Assembly (NCBI GenBank): GCA_040002655.1
Contig: JBDUEC010000001.1
Span: 1-39,258, forward strand
Length of the DNA: 39,258 nt
Source of the DNA: Rhodoglobus sp.
GTDB lineage: Bacteria; Actinomycetota; Actinomycetes; Actinomycetales; Microbacteriaceae
Reading direction: 5' to 3'
Part shown: positions 30,377 through 39,258 of the stretch, in pieces
How positions within the stretch are numbered: the stretch's first letter is position 1
Layout of the letters: each line of letters opens with the position of its first letter
Notes under the pieces: model-generated
Seen by the model: only the letters and a program-made list of their open reading frames with translations
What the model was told of the DNA's origin: nothing
The model's database searches: none
Position numbers and translations under genes: made by a program

Positions 30377-31638
30377 GCGGACTCCTTGGTGTCATCGACG
30401 GCGGTTGCGTCGACGACGGTTGCGTCGAGGTCGGTCTCGTCGAGGTCTTCGGATGCGGCATCCAACCCGTCCATGCTGGCGGAGGCCGCGCCCTCCTCCG
30501 CCGGGGCAGCCAACTGCGCGGCCGCCTCGAGCGACTTCCGCACGCTGAGCGGAGCGAGGGTGACTGCCGTGCAAATGACGAGCCCGACGGCGATGAGTGC
30601 CGTGGCGAGGGTGAACGGCAGGAACATGTAGCCGAGGCATCCCACCGAGAAAACGAACGTCCAGGCGTAGAAGATCAGTACCGCGTGGAGGTGCGAGTGG
30701 CCCATGTCGAGGAGGCGGTGATGCAGGTGCTTACGGTCGGCGGAGAATGGCGACTTCCCCGCACGCAGCCGCCGAATCACCGCGAGCGCGAAGTCGAGCA
30801 GGGGTACGACGAGTACTGCGAACGGAAGGATGATCGGGATGTAGGCGGGGAGGAAGTACGCGGTCAGCTTGTCGGGCTGGGTCGCAACCCCGGGATCCAC
30901 TGTTCCGGTAACGGAGATCGCGGAGGCCGCCATCAGCAGGCCGATGAGCAGCGCGCCCGCGTCGCCCATGAACAACTTCGCCGGATGGAAATTCAGGGGC
31001 AGGAATCCGATACACGCACCGATCAGAATCGCGGTGGATAGTGACGCGAGGTTGTAGTACTCGGTCTGGGCGTTGTACTGCAGCAGGTAGACGTAGACGA
31101 AGAACGCGCCGTTCGCGATGAGGGCAACGCCGGCGACCAGGCCGTCCAGGCCGTCGATGAAGTTGATGGCGTTCATCACGAGCACGATGACGAGCACGGT
31201 GAGCCCCAGCGAGATGTACGGCGAGACGATCGTCACGCCGCCGATCGGGAGGGTCGTGAGTTGCAGTCCGGACCAGGCCAGGAGTGCAGCCACGATGATC
31301 TGGCCGGCGAGCTTGGTCCACCAATCGAGATCCCAGATGTCGTCGGCGACACCGATCAGCACGATGATCAGGGCGGCGCCGAGCAGCCCGAGAACCGGGG
31401 CCGGACGGTCGAAGACGATGCTGAAATTAGGGACGCGCGACGCGACGGCGAACGCCACCAGGATGCCGATGAACATGGCAACGCCGCCGAGCCGTGGCGT
31501 CGGCCTCGTGTGCACGTCACGCTCGCGGATCTTCGGGTAGAGCCGGTACTTCGTGCTGAGCTTCCAGATCAGGATGGCGAGCCCGTAGGTGACTACGGCC
31601 GAGACACCCGTGACGAGCACGTAGAAGACGATGCGCAC
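30373..31638 (-). CDS. wecA: MraY/WecA (Rfe)-family polyprenyl-phosphate GlcNAc-1-P transferase
   Basis: PTPRLGGVA, GVADD, NAINFIDGLDGL, FMGDAG and DRKHLHH motifs. Confidence 0.9.
   Translation of the reverse strand: MRIVFYVLVTGVSAVVTYGLAILIWKLSTKYRLYPKIRERDVHTRPTPRLGGVAMFIGILVAFAVASRVPNFSIVFDRPAPVLGLLGAALIIVLIGVADDIWDLDWWTKLAGQIIVAALLAWSGLQLTTLPIGGVTIVSPYISLGLTVLVIVLVMNAINFIDGLDGLVAGVALIANGAFFVYVYLLQYNAQTEYYNLASLSTAILIGACIGFLPLNFHPAKLFMGDAGALLIGLLMAASAISVTGTVDPGVATQPDKLTAYFLPAYIPIILPFAVLVVPLLDFALAVIRRLRAGKSPFSADRKHLHHRLLDMGHSHLHAVLIFYAWTFVFSVGCLGYMFLPFTLATALIAVGLVICTAVTLAPLSVRKSLEAAAQLAAPAEEGAASASMDGLDAASEDLDETDLDATVVDATAVDDTKESA
30395..30447. repeat. Imperfect 15-bp tandem repeat (~3.5 copies) encoding the acidic WecA tail
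   Basis: TCGACGGCGGTTGCG / TCGACGACGGTTGCG / TCGAGGTCGGTCTCG / TCGAGGTC; protein DLDET-DLDAT-VVDAT-AVDDT. Confidence 0.7.
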
Positions 31639-32297
31639 TAGCTACCCACCCTGTCGGCGCCGAGCAGGTCACTGATCGCCTCGGTTGGAATGACGCCCTC
31701 GCGCACGATGCGCAGCTTGCCGGCGGGGAGAGCGAGCCCGGTAGCGTCCACAATCGTCGAAGCCACCGACCCGCCGTGGCCATCGTCGAGGTAGACCTTC
31801 ACGGAGTCGCCGAGCATCCGCTCCGCTTCCTGCGCGGTCTCTGCCGCGGGGAGTCCCGTCGCGTTCGCGCTCGAGACGGCGAGCGGTCCGGTTTCGGAGA
31901 GCAGTTCAAGCGCGATGCGGTTCGAGGGCATCCTGAGGGCGACGGTGCCCTTGGTCTCGCCGAGGTCCCAGGTGAGCGAGCTGCGCGCGGCGAGGATGAT
32001 GGTGAGGCCGCCCGGCCAGAATTTCGCGACGAGCTCGCGGACCTCATCCGGCACTGTCTCTGCCAGTGCATCGAGCGTGGGGATGCCCGGCACCAGCACC
32101 GGCGGTGGCGACTGCCGGCCGCGACCCTTCGCATCGAGCAGGCGCTGCACGGCGGCCGCGTTGAAGGCGTCCGCGCCAACGCCGTAGACGGTGTCAGTGG
32201 GGAGGACGACGAGCTCACCGCGACCGATCGCCGTTCTGGCGAGGCGCATTCCGGTGAGCAGCTCGGCCTCGGCGGAGCAGTCGTAGATGGGGGCCAT
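31638..32297 (-). CDS. tsaC: L-threonylcarbamoyladenylate synthase (Sua5/TsaC/YrdC)
   Basis: LPTDTVYG, KGR, FWPGGLT, SSAN and STIVD motifs. Confidence 0.94.
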   Translation of the reverse strand: MAPIYDCSAEAELLTGMRLARTAIGRGELVVLPTDTVYGVGADAFNAAAVQRLLDAKGRGRQSPPPVLVPGIPTLDALAETVPDEVRELVAKFWPGGLTIILAARSSLTWDLGETKGTVALRMPSNRIALELLSETGPLAVSSANATGLPAAETAQEAERMLGDSVKVYLDDGHGGSVASTIVDATGLALPAGKLRIVREGVIPTEAISDLLGADRVGS

Positions 32298-32333
32298 GTC
32301 GGAGTCATTTTAGTAGGGCAGACTTGGAGTGCC

Positions 32334-32960
32334 GTGGACCTCTACTTTTTCGACCTTGATAAGACGCTCTACGCGTACAACTTCCGATATCGATTGCCAG
32401 CGCTCGCGCGCTTGACCGGGGCGAGCCAGTACCACCTCGCCAAGACCTGGTGGGCAGCAGGCTGCGAGGCAAGGGCCGAGGCGGGTGAATGGCCATCCGC
32501 TGACGAGTATCTCGACGCGTTCTCAGAGGTTACGCAGACCCGTCGATTGGCACTCACAGAGTGGGCCTCAGCGCGCGCACTCGCTATGACGCGGATCGAC
32601 GGAAGCGTCGCGGCGCTCCGCCGGGCCGCAGAGCTCGGCACGGTGTCGCTGCTCTCCAACAATCCGGCCGCGACTGCCGCCGCATTCCCGATCCTCGTGC
32701 CCGACGTGATCGAGATCCTCGGCGGCAACGTGCTCGTGAGCTACATGCTCGGCGCACGCAAGCCCGATGAGGAGCTCTACCGGCGAGCGCTCGACCACTA
32801 CGGGGTGGCTGCCGAGAACGCCTTCCTCGCCGACGATTCGCTGGCGAACGTGCTCGGCGCGCGAGCCGTCGGCATCACCGCTCACCAACTCGTCGCCGTC
32901 GATGGCGCCTATCAGACTGACGCCCTCCACGCCGCAATCGAGAGGTTCGCCTCCCGATGA
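32334..32960 (+). CDS. HAD-family hydrolase (paralog 1)
   Basis: FFDLDKTL motif I, LSNN, RKPD, ADD. Start is GTG 32334 with a GGAG SD; the upstream part of track ORF 31776 is antisense shadow of tsaC. Confidence 0.88.
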   Translation: MDLYFFDLDKTLYAYNFRYRLPALARLTGASQYHLAKTWWAAGCEARAEAGEWPSADEYLDAFSEVTQTRRLALTEWASARALAMTRIDGSVAALRRAAELGTVSLLSNNPAATAAAFPILVPDVIEILGGNVLVSYMLGARKPDEELYRRALDHYGVAAENAFLADDSLANVLGARAVGITAHQLVAVDGAYQTDALHAAIERFASR

Positions 32961-33574
32961 CTCTGCTATTCATCTTCGACATGGATGACGTGCTCTACGA
33001 CTACGACTGGCGCGTGCGGATGGCCGGAATGACGGAGCTCACCGGGCACTCCCTCGAGGAGCTACGCCGCCGCTGGTGGAACGACCGAGGTGAATGGGCG
33101 GCTGAGGCGGGAGTGTTCGAGACTCCTGAGGAATACCTGGCCGCGTTCGAGCAGGCGGTCGGCGTAAGTGTCGACGAGGACGAATGGGTGCGGGTGCGAG
33201 GCTCGGCCATGACCGTGTGGCACGAGTCCCTGGATGCCGTGCGCCGGGCATCCGAACTCGGCACGGTGACCCTGCTCACCAACAACGGCGCGCTGGTGTC
33301 CAAGCACCTGCGCACCCTCGCACCGGAGCTGGTCGAACTGTTCGGCGACCACCTGTTCACGTCGAGTGACTACGGTGCGAGGAAGCCCGACCCTGCGGTT
33401 TTCCGGGCTGTGCTCGCCTCTTACGACACCAGACCCGAAGACGCGTTCTTCGCGGATGACATGCGCGTGAACGTGGCGGGCGCGGCATCCGTGGGGATCA
33501 CCGCGCACCACTTCACCACGTCGAGCGGGCTGCTGGACGCCATCGAGGCGTTCGCAGCAGCCCGCTCGAGCTGA
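32957..33574 (+). CDS. HAD-family hydrolase (paralog 2)
   Basis: IFDMDDVL, LTNN, RKPD and ADD motifs; ATGA overlap. Confidence 0.9.
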   Translation: MTLLFIFDMDDVLYDYDWRVRMAGMTELTGHSLEELRRRWWNDRGEWAAEAGVFETPEEYLAAFEQAVGVSVDEDEWVRVRGSAMTVWHESLDAVRRASELGTVTLLTNNGALVSKHLRTLAPELVELFGDHLFTSSDYGARKPDPAVFRAVLASYDTRPEDAFFADDMRVNVAGAASVGITAHHFTTSSGLLDAIEAFAAARSS

Positions 33575-33586
33575 GCAACCTGTCTG

Positions 33587-34375
33587 CTACCTCCGGCCCG
33601 CCTTGCGGCGGAACATGATGGCGCCCCAGACGACGGCAACGAGCAGTATCCCCACACACCAGCCGAGCGCCTTGATCGGCTCGTTGCCGAGCGGCGTGTG
33701 CATGAGCAACCCGCGGATTGTCTCGATGATGGGCGTGATCGGCTGGTTCTGAGCGATCCATTGCAGCCAGGTCGGCATGGTGTCCACAGGAACGAAGGCG
33801 CTCGAGAGGTACGGCACGAACATCAGGATGAAGCCGTAGCCGTTCGCCGCCTCCGAGCTGCCGGATGCCAGTCCGATCGCCGCGTACAGGTAGGTGATCG
33901 CCAGGATGTACAGCGCAATCAGTGCAATCGCTGCCACCCACTCGATCGGACTTCCGACCGGTCGAAACCCCACGGCGACGGCCACCCCGATCACGACGCC
34001 GGTAGCAACCAGGTTGCGCGCGAGGCTCGAAACGACGTGGCCGGTGAGCACCGCCCAACTGCGGATGCGCATCGTGCGGAAGCGATCCATGATGCCGGTC
34101 TCGAGATCGCGGGCGACATCCACTGCGGTGGACGCCGCGCCGAATCCCGCGCACAGCAGGATGATGCCGGGGACCACATAGTTCACGTAGCTGCCGTCGG
34201 ACTCGAGCGCTCCCCCGAAGATGAAGGTGAACATGAGCATGAGCATCACCGGCAGGGCGATCGCCATGATGAGCGCGTCCGGCGTGCGGATGGTGTGGAT
34301 GAGGCTCCGCGTGATGAAGGTGGATTCCTCGGTGCCGAACGAGAGCTTCCTGCTCCCGGTTGCGATGGTGGTCAT
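33587..34375 (-). CDS. ABC-2 type exporter permease (DrrB-like)
   Basis: Six TM helices; YVVPGI, GIMDRFRTM and SSAFVP...MPTWLQWIAQNQP motifs. Confidence 0.92.
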   Translation of the reverse strand: MTTIATGSRKLSFGTEESTFITRSLIHTIRTPDALIMAIALPVMLMLMFTFIFGGALESDGSYVNYVVPGIILLCAGFGAASTAVDVARDLETGIMDRFRTMRIRSWAVLTGHVVSSLARNLVATGVVIGVAVAVGFRPVGSPIEWVAAIALIALYILAITYLYAAIGLASGSSEAANGYGFILMFVPYLSSAFVPVDTMPTWLQWIAQNQPITPIIETIRGLLMHTPLGNEPIKALGWCVGILLVAVVWGAIMFRRKAGRR

Positions 34376-34377
34376 GA

Positions 34378-35262
34378 TCAGCCTTTCGTGGTGGTGAGTT
34401 CGGAGTCGAGCGTGAGCGCCAGGTAGACGTCGTCGAGACTCGGCTTGCGGATGGTGACAGTGCCCGCGATTCCCGACGCATCGAGTTCGTCGACGGCGCG
34501 ACGGAGTCCGGAGACCGAGCCGTCGGTCGGCAGCTCGCGCAGCACCTCGTCGTCCGGGCCGCGCAGCTCGACGACGTCGCCGCCGGTGGTCGCCTTCAGC
34601 TCAGCCGGGGTGCCCTCCGCGATCACCCGCCCGCCACCGATCACCGCGACGCGGTCGGCGAGCTGGTCGGCCTCGTCCAGGTACTGGGTCGTGAGGAAGA
34701 TCGTGGTGCCATTCGACCGGAGAGAGCGGATGACCTCCCACAGTTCCATGCGACTGCGCGGGTCGAGCCCCGTGGTGGGTTCGTCCAGGAACAGCACCGG
34801 CGGCGTCACGATCAGGCTGATCGCGATGTCGAGCCTTCTGCGCATCCCGCCGGAGTAGGTCTTCAGCCGCTTGCGGGCTGATCCGGCCAGATCGAACCGG
34901 GCAAGGAGTTCGCGGCTGCGGGAGGCGGCCTCGGCACGGGTCAGGCCGAAGAGCCGCCCCATCATCCGGAGGTTCTCGTCGCCGGTGAGCACCTCGTCGA
35001 CCGCCGCGGACTGCCCGGCGAGACCGATGGCGGCGCGCACGTCGTTCGGCCTGGTCGCGACGTCGATGTCGGCCACGAGGGCCGTTCCCGCATCCGCTTT
35101 CACCAGCGTCGAGAGGATGTTGATGAGGGTCGTCTTGCCCGCGCCATTCGGCCCGAGCAGGGCGAAGATGCTGCCGGACTCCACCGTGAGGTCGATGCCG
35201 TCGAGCACGATTGTCTCTGAGAATGACTTGCGCAGGCCGCGCACGTCGATGGCTGTTGTCAT
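34378..35262 (-). CDS. ABC exporter ATP-binding subunit (DrrA-like)
   Basis: GPNGAGKTT, YSGGMRRR, FLDEPTTGLDP, TTQYLDEAD and C-terminal SLDDVYL; ATG 35262 with GGAGGAG SD. Confidence 0.94.
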   Translation of the reverse strand: MTTAIDVRGLRKSFSETIVLDGIDLTVESGSIFALLGPNGAGKTTLINILSTLVKADAGTALVADIDVATRPNDVRAAIGLAGQSAAVDEVLTGDENLRMMGRLFGLTRAEAASRSRELLARFDLAGSARKRLKTYSGGMRRRLDIAISLIVTPPVLFLDEPTTGLDPRSRMELWEVIRSLRSNGTTIFLTTQYLDEADQLADRVAVIGGGRVIAEGTPAELKATTGGDVVELRGPDDEVLRELPTDGSVSGLRRAVDELDASGIAGTVTIRKPSLDDVYLALTLDSELTTTKG

Positions 35263-35280
35263 GATCTGCTCCTCCAAATT

Positions 35281-35342
35281 GTTCTGTGGATGACATATAC
35301 TGTTTATGCCGTACAGGTAATTGTTTAAGGTATACACAGAAC
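35281..35342. promoter_or_regulatory. AT-rich divergent control region with tandem imperfect palindromes (putative TetR operators)
   Basis: TGTGGAT-gac-ATATACT (35285), TGTTTAT-gcc-GTACAGG (35301), TGTTTAA-ggt-ATACACA (35322); bounded by the inverted repeat GTTCTGTG/CACAGAAC. Confidence 0.6.
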
Positions 35343-35384
35343 TTCGCCGGTCGTCAAGCCCGGTACGGAACGGAGCCCCAGATC

Positions 35385-36323
35385 GTGGACGAAGAGCAGA
35401 ACGACCTCGACCTGCCCCGCGGCGTCGCACTCGCCTGGGGCGTCGCAGCCAACCCACAGCGCGGGCCCAAGCGCGAAATGAGCATCGAGCGGATCGTGGA
35501 GATCGCCATCGAGATCGCCGACGCGAGCGGCCTCGGCGCTGTGTCCATGTCGAGCGTCGCCACCAGGCTCGGGTTCACGACGATGGCGCTCTACCGCTAC
35601 GTGACGGCGAAAGACGACCTGCTGCTCCTCATGAGCGAACACGGGGTGGGGATGCCGCCGCTGTCGATCACGGAGTCCGCTGACTGGCGGTCGGGGCTCA
35701 CCGCGTGGTCACGCGAGGTGCTCGCGGTGTTCGCCGCCCATCCGTGGCTGCTGGACATTCCGATCAGCAGCATGCCGAACACCCCGAACAACCTGGCCTG
35801 GCTCGAGGCCGGCCTTGACGTGCTCGAGAAGACGCCACTCGACTGGCAGGAGCGCGTCTCCTGCGTGCTGCTACTCAATGGGCAGGCCCGCTGGCAGGGC
35901 AACATCCAGCGCGGCTACGCGCAGGCCGGGAACACGATGAATGGCGAGCTCTCCGAGACCGATCGGGCGTCCGCACACATTCTCGCCACGTTCGTGACAC
36001 CGGAGGCGTTCCCCGTGCTGTCCCGTGCGGTGACGGCCGGGGTATTTGAAGACGACGACAATCCGTTCGAGTTCGGGCTCGCCCGCATCCTCGATGGCAT
36101 CGAGTACTACATGGCCTCAGCCGGGAGTCGCGCGCCAGACCCGGAGCCGGTGGTCGATGAATTCCGCAGGGACGAGGGCGTCAAGCGGGCCAGGGAGGTC
36201 GTGAAGGACGCAGAGTCGCGGCTGCGCGAGGCGCGCAAGAAGGAGCGTGAGGCCATCAAGAAGGCGGAGGAGCGCGCGAAGAAGCAGGCCGAGGCGGACG
36301 CCAGGGCCGCGGCCAAGCGCTGA
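35385..36323 (+). CDS. TetR/AcrR family regulator with charged C-terminal extension
   Basis: RGPKREMS...AVSMSSVATRLGFTTMALYRYVTAKDDL HTH; FEFGLARILDG; GTG 35385 with GGAG SD. Confidence 0.92.
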   Translation: MDEEQNDLDLPRGVALAWGVAANPQRGPKREMSIERIVEIAIEIADASGLGAVSMSSVATRLGFTTMALYRYVTAKDDLLLLMSEHGVGMPPLSITESADWRSGLTAWSREVLAVFAAHPWLLDIPISSMPNTPNNLAWLEAGLDVLEKTPLDWQERVSCVLLLNGQARWQGNIQRGYAQAGNTMNGELSETDRASAHILATFVTPEAFPVLSRAVTAGVFEDDDNPFEFGLARILDGIEYYMASAGSRAPDPEPVVDEFRRDEGVKRAREVVKDAESRLREARKKEREAIKKAEERAKKQAEADARAAAKR

Positions 36324-36342
36324 GCCGGCCCAACGTGCGGCG

Positions 36343-37203
36343 CTAGCGCAGGGCGGTGGTGGCGCGGTCCCGGCCGAGCAGGTCGCGGTGGCCCGCGATC
36401 GCGCGCCAACCGTCCGCGGCGAGCAGTTCCGCGATCGCCGCGGCCTGCAACTCCCCGTGCTCGATCACGAGGGTGCCGCCCTCGTGCAGCAGGCGACGGG
36501 CGGTCGTCGAAACGGAGCGCACAATGTCCAGCCCATCCTCGCCGCCGTAGAGCGCGATCTCCGGGTCGAACAGGCGCACCTCCGGGTCGCGCGGCACTGC
36601 ACCGAGCGGGATGTACGGGGGGTTCGAGATGACGACAGCAACTGTGCCGTCCAGTTCGGGCAACGCCACCGCGAGGTCGGTGAAGATCGCCCGGATGTTG
36701 TCGAGGCCGCTCTCGCGCACGTTCTGCTTCGTCCAGGTGAATGCGAGCGGCGAGACCTCCACGCCGAAGACGCGGGCGTGCGGAACCTCGCTCGCCATGG
36801 CCAGGGCGATTGCGCCGCTGCCGGTGCCGAGGTCGACGGCGATCGGCTCAGGCGATGCGGCCGCCGTCAGGGCGTCGATCGCGAGCTGGGCCACCTGTTC
36901 GGTCTCCGGCCGGGGCACGAAAACACCCGGTCCAACAGCCAGGTAGAGGGAGCGGAACGGCGCCCGCCCGGTGATGTGCTGCAGCGGCTCGCGGGCCGCA
37001 CGCCGGCGCACCAGCTCGCGGATCGCCTCATCCTGCTCGGCAGGGAGCCCTGGCGACGTGATGGCAGCGGCCTGCACTCCCCCGCGGCTCAGCCCGAGCA
37101 CGTGCCCAACGAGCAACTCGGCGTCTACGCGTGGGTTCGGCACGCCAGCGCGTTCGAGTACCTCGACGGCGTTCTCAAGAGCTGTGGCGACGGACGGGGT
37201 CAC
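36343..37203 (-). CDS. prmC: Release factor glutamine methyltransferase
   Basis: [24 protein letters not shown] and SNPPY motifs. Confidence 0.97.
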   Translation of the reverse strand: MTPSVATALENAVEVLERAGVPNPRVDAELLVGHVLGLSRGGVQAAAITSPGLPAEQDEAIRELVRRRAAREPLQHITGRAPFRSLYLAVGPGVFVPRPETEQVAQLAIDALTAAASPEPIAVDLGTGSGAIALAMASEVPHARVFGVEVSPLAFTWTKQNVRESGLDNIRAIFTDLAVALPELDGTVAVVISNPPYIPLGAVPRDPEVRLFDPEIALYGGEDGLDIVRSVSTTARRLLHEGGTLVIEHGELQAAAIAELLAADGWRAIAGHRDLLGRDRATTALR

Positions 37204-38282
37204 TCGGAGTCAGAACCGAGGTCGGCCAGGCGGGACTCCTCGTCGGCCTCGATGCAGCTCTGGATGACCGGCTCGAGCGCGCCGTTCATCACCGCATCGA
37301 GGTTGTAGGCCTTGTATCCGGTGCGGTGGTCGGCGACCCGGTTCTCCGGGAAGTTGTATGTACGGATGCGCTCGGAGCGATCCATCGTGCGGATCTGCGT
37401 CTTGCGGTAGGCGGAGGCCTCTGCGTCGGCTATTTCCTGGTTGTGGGCCAGGATGCGGGCGCGCAGCACGCGCATGCCGGCCTCGCGGTTCTGCAGTTGG
37501 CTCTTCTCGTTCTGCATCGCCACCACGATCCCGGTGGGGAGATGGGTGATGCGCACGGCGGAGTCGGTGGTGTTCACCGACTGGCCGCCGGGGCCGCTCG
37601 AGCGGTAGACGTCGATCTTGAGATCGTTCTGGCTGATCTCGACCTCTTCGGGCTCGTCAACCTCCGGGAAGACGAGTACGCCGGCCGCGGAGGTGTGGAT
37701 GCGGCCCTGCGACTCGGTGGCCGGCACGCGCTGCACGCGGTGGACCCCACCCTCGTACTTGAGGTGAGCCCAGACGCCCTCTGCAGGGTCGCTGGAGTTG
37801 CCCTTGATCGCGAGCTGGACATCCTTGATGCCACCGAGGTCGCTCGAGGTCTGCTCGATGATCTCGGTCTTCCACTTCTTGGATTCCGCGTAGTGCAGGT
37901 ACATGCGCAGGAGGTCGCCCGCGAAGAGAGCGGACTCTGCCCCGCCCTCGCCCATCTTGATCTCCATGATGATGTCGCGGGCATCCAGCGGGTCGCGTGG
38001 GATCAGCAGGCGGCGCAGGGTCTCCTCGGCGGTGACGAGGCTCTCCTCGAGGCCGGGGAGTTCGGCCGCGAACGACTCGTCCTCCGTGGCCATCTCGCGG
38101 GCGGCAGCGACGTCATCGGTCAGCTGCTGCCACGCGTGATATGCCGCGACGATCCGAGCGAGCTCGGCGTACCTGCGGTTGACCTTCTTGGAACGAACCG
38201 GATCCGAGTGGAGATCCGGATCGGCCAACTGTTCCTGGAGCTCGTCATGCTCGGCCAGCAACGACTGTACTGACTCGAACAC
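37200..38282 (-). CDS. prfA: Peptide chain release factor 1
   Basis: [11 protein letters not shown] (PxT), GPGGQSVN and RIRTYNFP motifs. Confidence 0.98.
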   Translation of the reverse strand: MFESVQSLLAEHDELQEQLADPDLHSDPVRSKKVNRRYAELARIVAAYHAWQQLTDDVAAAREMATEDESFAAELPGLEESLVTAEETLRRLLIPRDPLDARDIIMEIKMGEGGAESALFAGDLLRMYLHYAESKKWKTEIIEQTSSDLGGIKDVQLAIKGNSSDPAEGVWAHLKYEGGVHRVQRVPATESQGRIHTSAAGVLVFPEVDEPEEVEISQNDLKIDVYRSSGPGGQSVNTTDSAVRITHLPTGIVVAMQNEKSQLQNREAGMRVLRARILAHNQEIADAEASAYRKTQIRTMDRSERIRTYNFPENRVADHRTGYKAYNLDAVMNGALEPVIQSCIEADEESRLADLGSDSE

Positions 38283-38284
38283 GC

Positions 38285-39258
38285 TTAGTCCTCTTTGTGT
38301 CCGGCGGCCGTCGGCATCGACTTCTGGATCTGCATCAGGAACTCGACGTTCGACGAGGTCTCCTTCAGCTTGTTCAGCACGATCTCGAGCGCCTGCTGCT
38401 GGTCGAGTCCGGCGAGGGCGCGACGCAGCTTCCAGGTGACCTTGACCTCGTCGGTGCCCATGAGCATCTCTTCGCGGCGTGTGCCGGAGGCGTTCACGTC
38501 GACCGCAGGGAAGATGCGCTTGTCGGCCAGCTGGCGCGAGAGGCGCAGCTCCATGTTGCCGGTGCCCTTGAACTCCTCGAAGATGACCTCGTCCATCTTG
38601 GAGCCGGTCTCGACGAGCGCGGTAGCGATGATGGTGAGCGAGCCACCCTCCTCGATGTTGCGCGCTGCGCCGAAGAAACGCTTCGGTGGGTAGAGCGCGG
38701 ACGAGTCCACGCCACCGGAGAGAATGCGACCGGATGCGGGCGCCGCGAGGTTGTATGCGCGGCCGAGGCGGGTGATCGAGTCGAGCAGTACGACCACGTC
38801 GTGGCCGAGCTCGACCAGGCGCTTCGCGCGCTCGATGGCGAGCTCAGCGACCGTGGTGTGGTCCTCGGCGGGGCGGTCGAAGGTGGAGGCGATGACCTCA
38901 CCCTTCACCGTACGCTGCATGTCAGTGACCTCTTCGGGGCGCTCGTCGACCAGAACGACCATGAGGTGAACCTCTGGGTTGTTCTTGGCGATGGCGTTCG
39001 CGATGGCCTGCAGCACAAGCGTCTTGCCCGCCTTCGGGGGCGAGACGATGAGGCCGCGCTGGCCCTTGCCGATCGGCGACACGAGGTCGATGATGCGGGT
39101 GGAGAGCTTCGCAGCCTCGGTCTCGAGGCGCAGGCGCTCCTGCGGGTAGAGCGGGGTCAGCTTGCCGAACTCGACGCGGTTCGCGGCCTCCTCGATCGGC
39201 AGGCCGTTGATCGAGTCGATGCGCACGATGGCGTTGTACTTCTGGCGACCCTGGGCGT
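38285..39258 (-). CDS. rho: Transcription termination factor Rho, 3' part (starts beyond the right edge)
   Basis: [29 protein letters not shown] and EEFKGTGN motifs. Confidence 0.98.
   Translation of the reverse strand, partial: AQGRQKYNAIVRIDSINGLPIEEAANRVEFGKLTPLYPQERLRLETEAAKLSTRIIDLVSPIGKGQRGLIVSPPKAGKTLVLQAIANAIAKNNPEVHLMVVLVDERPEEVTDMQRTVKGEVIASTFDRPAEDHTTVAELAIERAKRLVELGHDVVVLLDSITRLGRAYNLAAPASGRILSGGVDSSALYPPKRFFGAARNIEEGGSLTIIATALVETGSKMDEVIFEEFKGTGNMELRLSRQLADKRIFPAVDVNASGTRREEMLMGTDEVKVTWKLRRALAGLDQQQALEIVLNKLKETSSNVEFLMQIQKSMPTAAGHKED

Noticed and set aside
31776-32333. Apparent long N-terminal extension or fusion on the first HAD
   Set aside because: Overlaps tsaC antisense; HAD motif I begins right after GTG 32334, which has an SD.
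38282-38285. rpmE absent between rho and prfA
   Set aside because: Direct rho-prfA adjacency is, to my knowledge, ordinary in this lineage; no remnant is visible.

Overview
High-GC actinobacterial chromosome segment; gene order and proteins suggest Microbacteriaceae (inference). Left end (1-9.5 kb, minus strand): FHA protein, PP2C phosphatase, membrane Ser/Thr kinase, a 1967-aa Ig/cadherin-like + FN3 surface protein and a MoxR AAA+ ATPase that runs off the window. This resembles the bifidobacterial PFNA operon and is the best candidate for a poorly understood system. Next come a polyamine-catabolism locus (aldehyde dehydrogenase, Lrp/AsnC, class III aminotransferase, PuuB-like oxidase), yceI, a TetR-regulated heterodimeric ABC exporter, an aldo/keto reductase, ogt-tag, yaaA and a small P-loop kinase. 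The right half is the conserved rho-prfA-prmC-sua5-wecA-atpIBEFHAGDC block, interrupted by a TetR/ABC-2 exporter and two paralogous HAD hydrolases. I saw no rRNA, tRNA, CRISPR array or mobile element. Fine-scale signals include two probable CTG start codons, helically phased Lrp-type sites, clear TetR operators, several leaderless promoters, and a shared acidic-Thr motif in the signalling proteins and the WecA tail.
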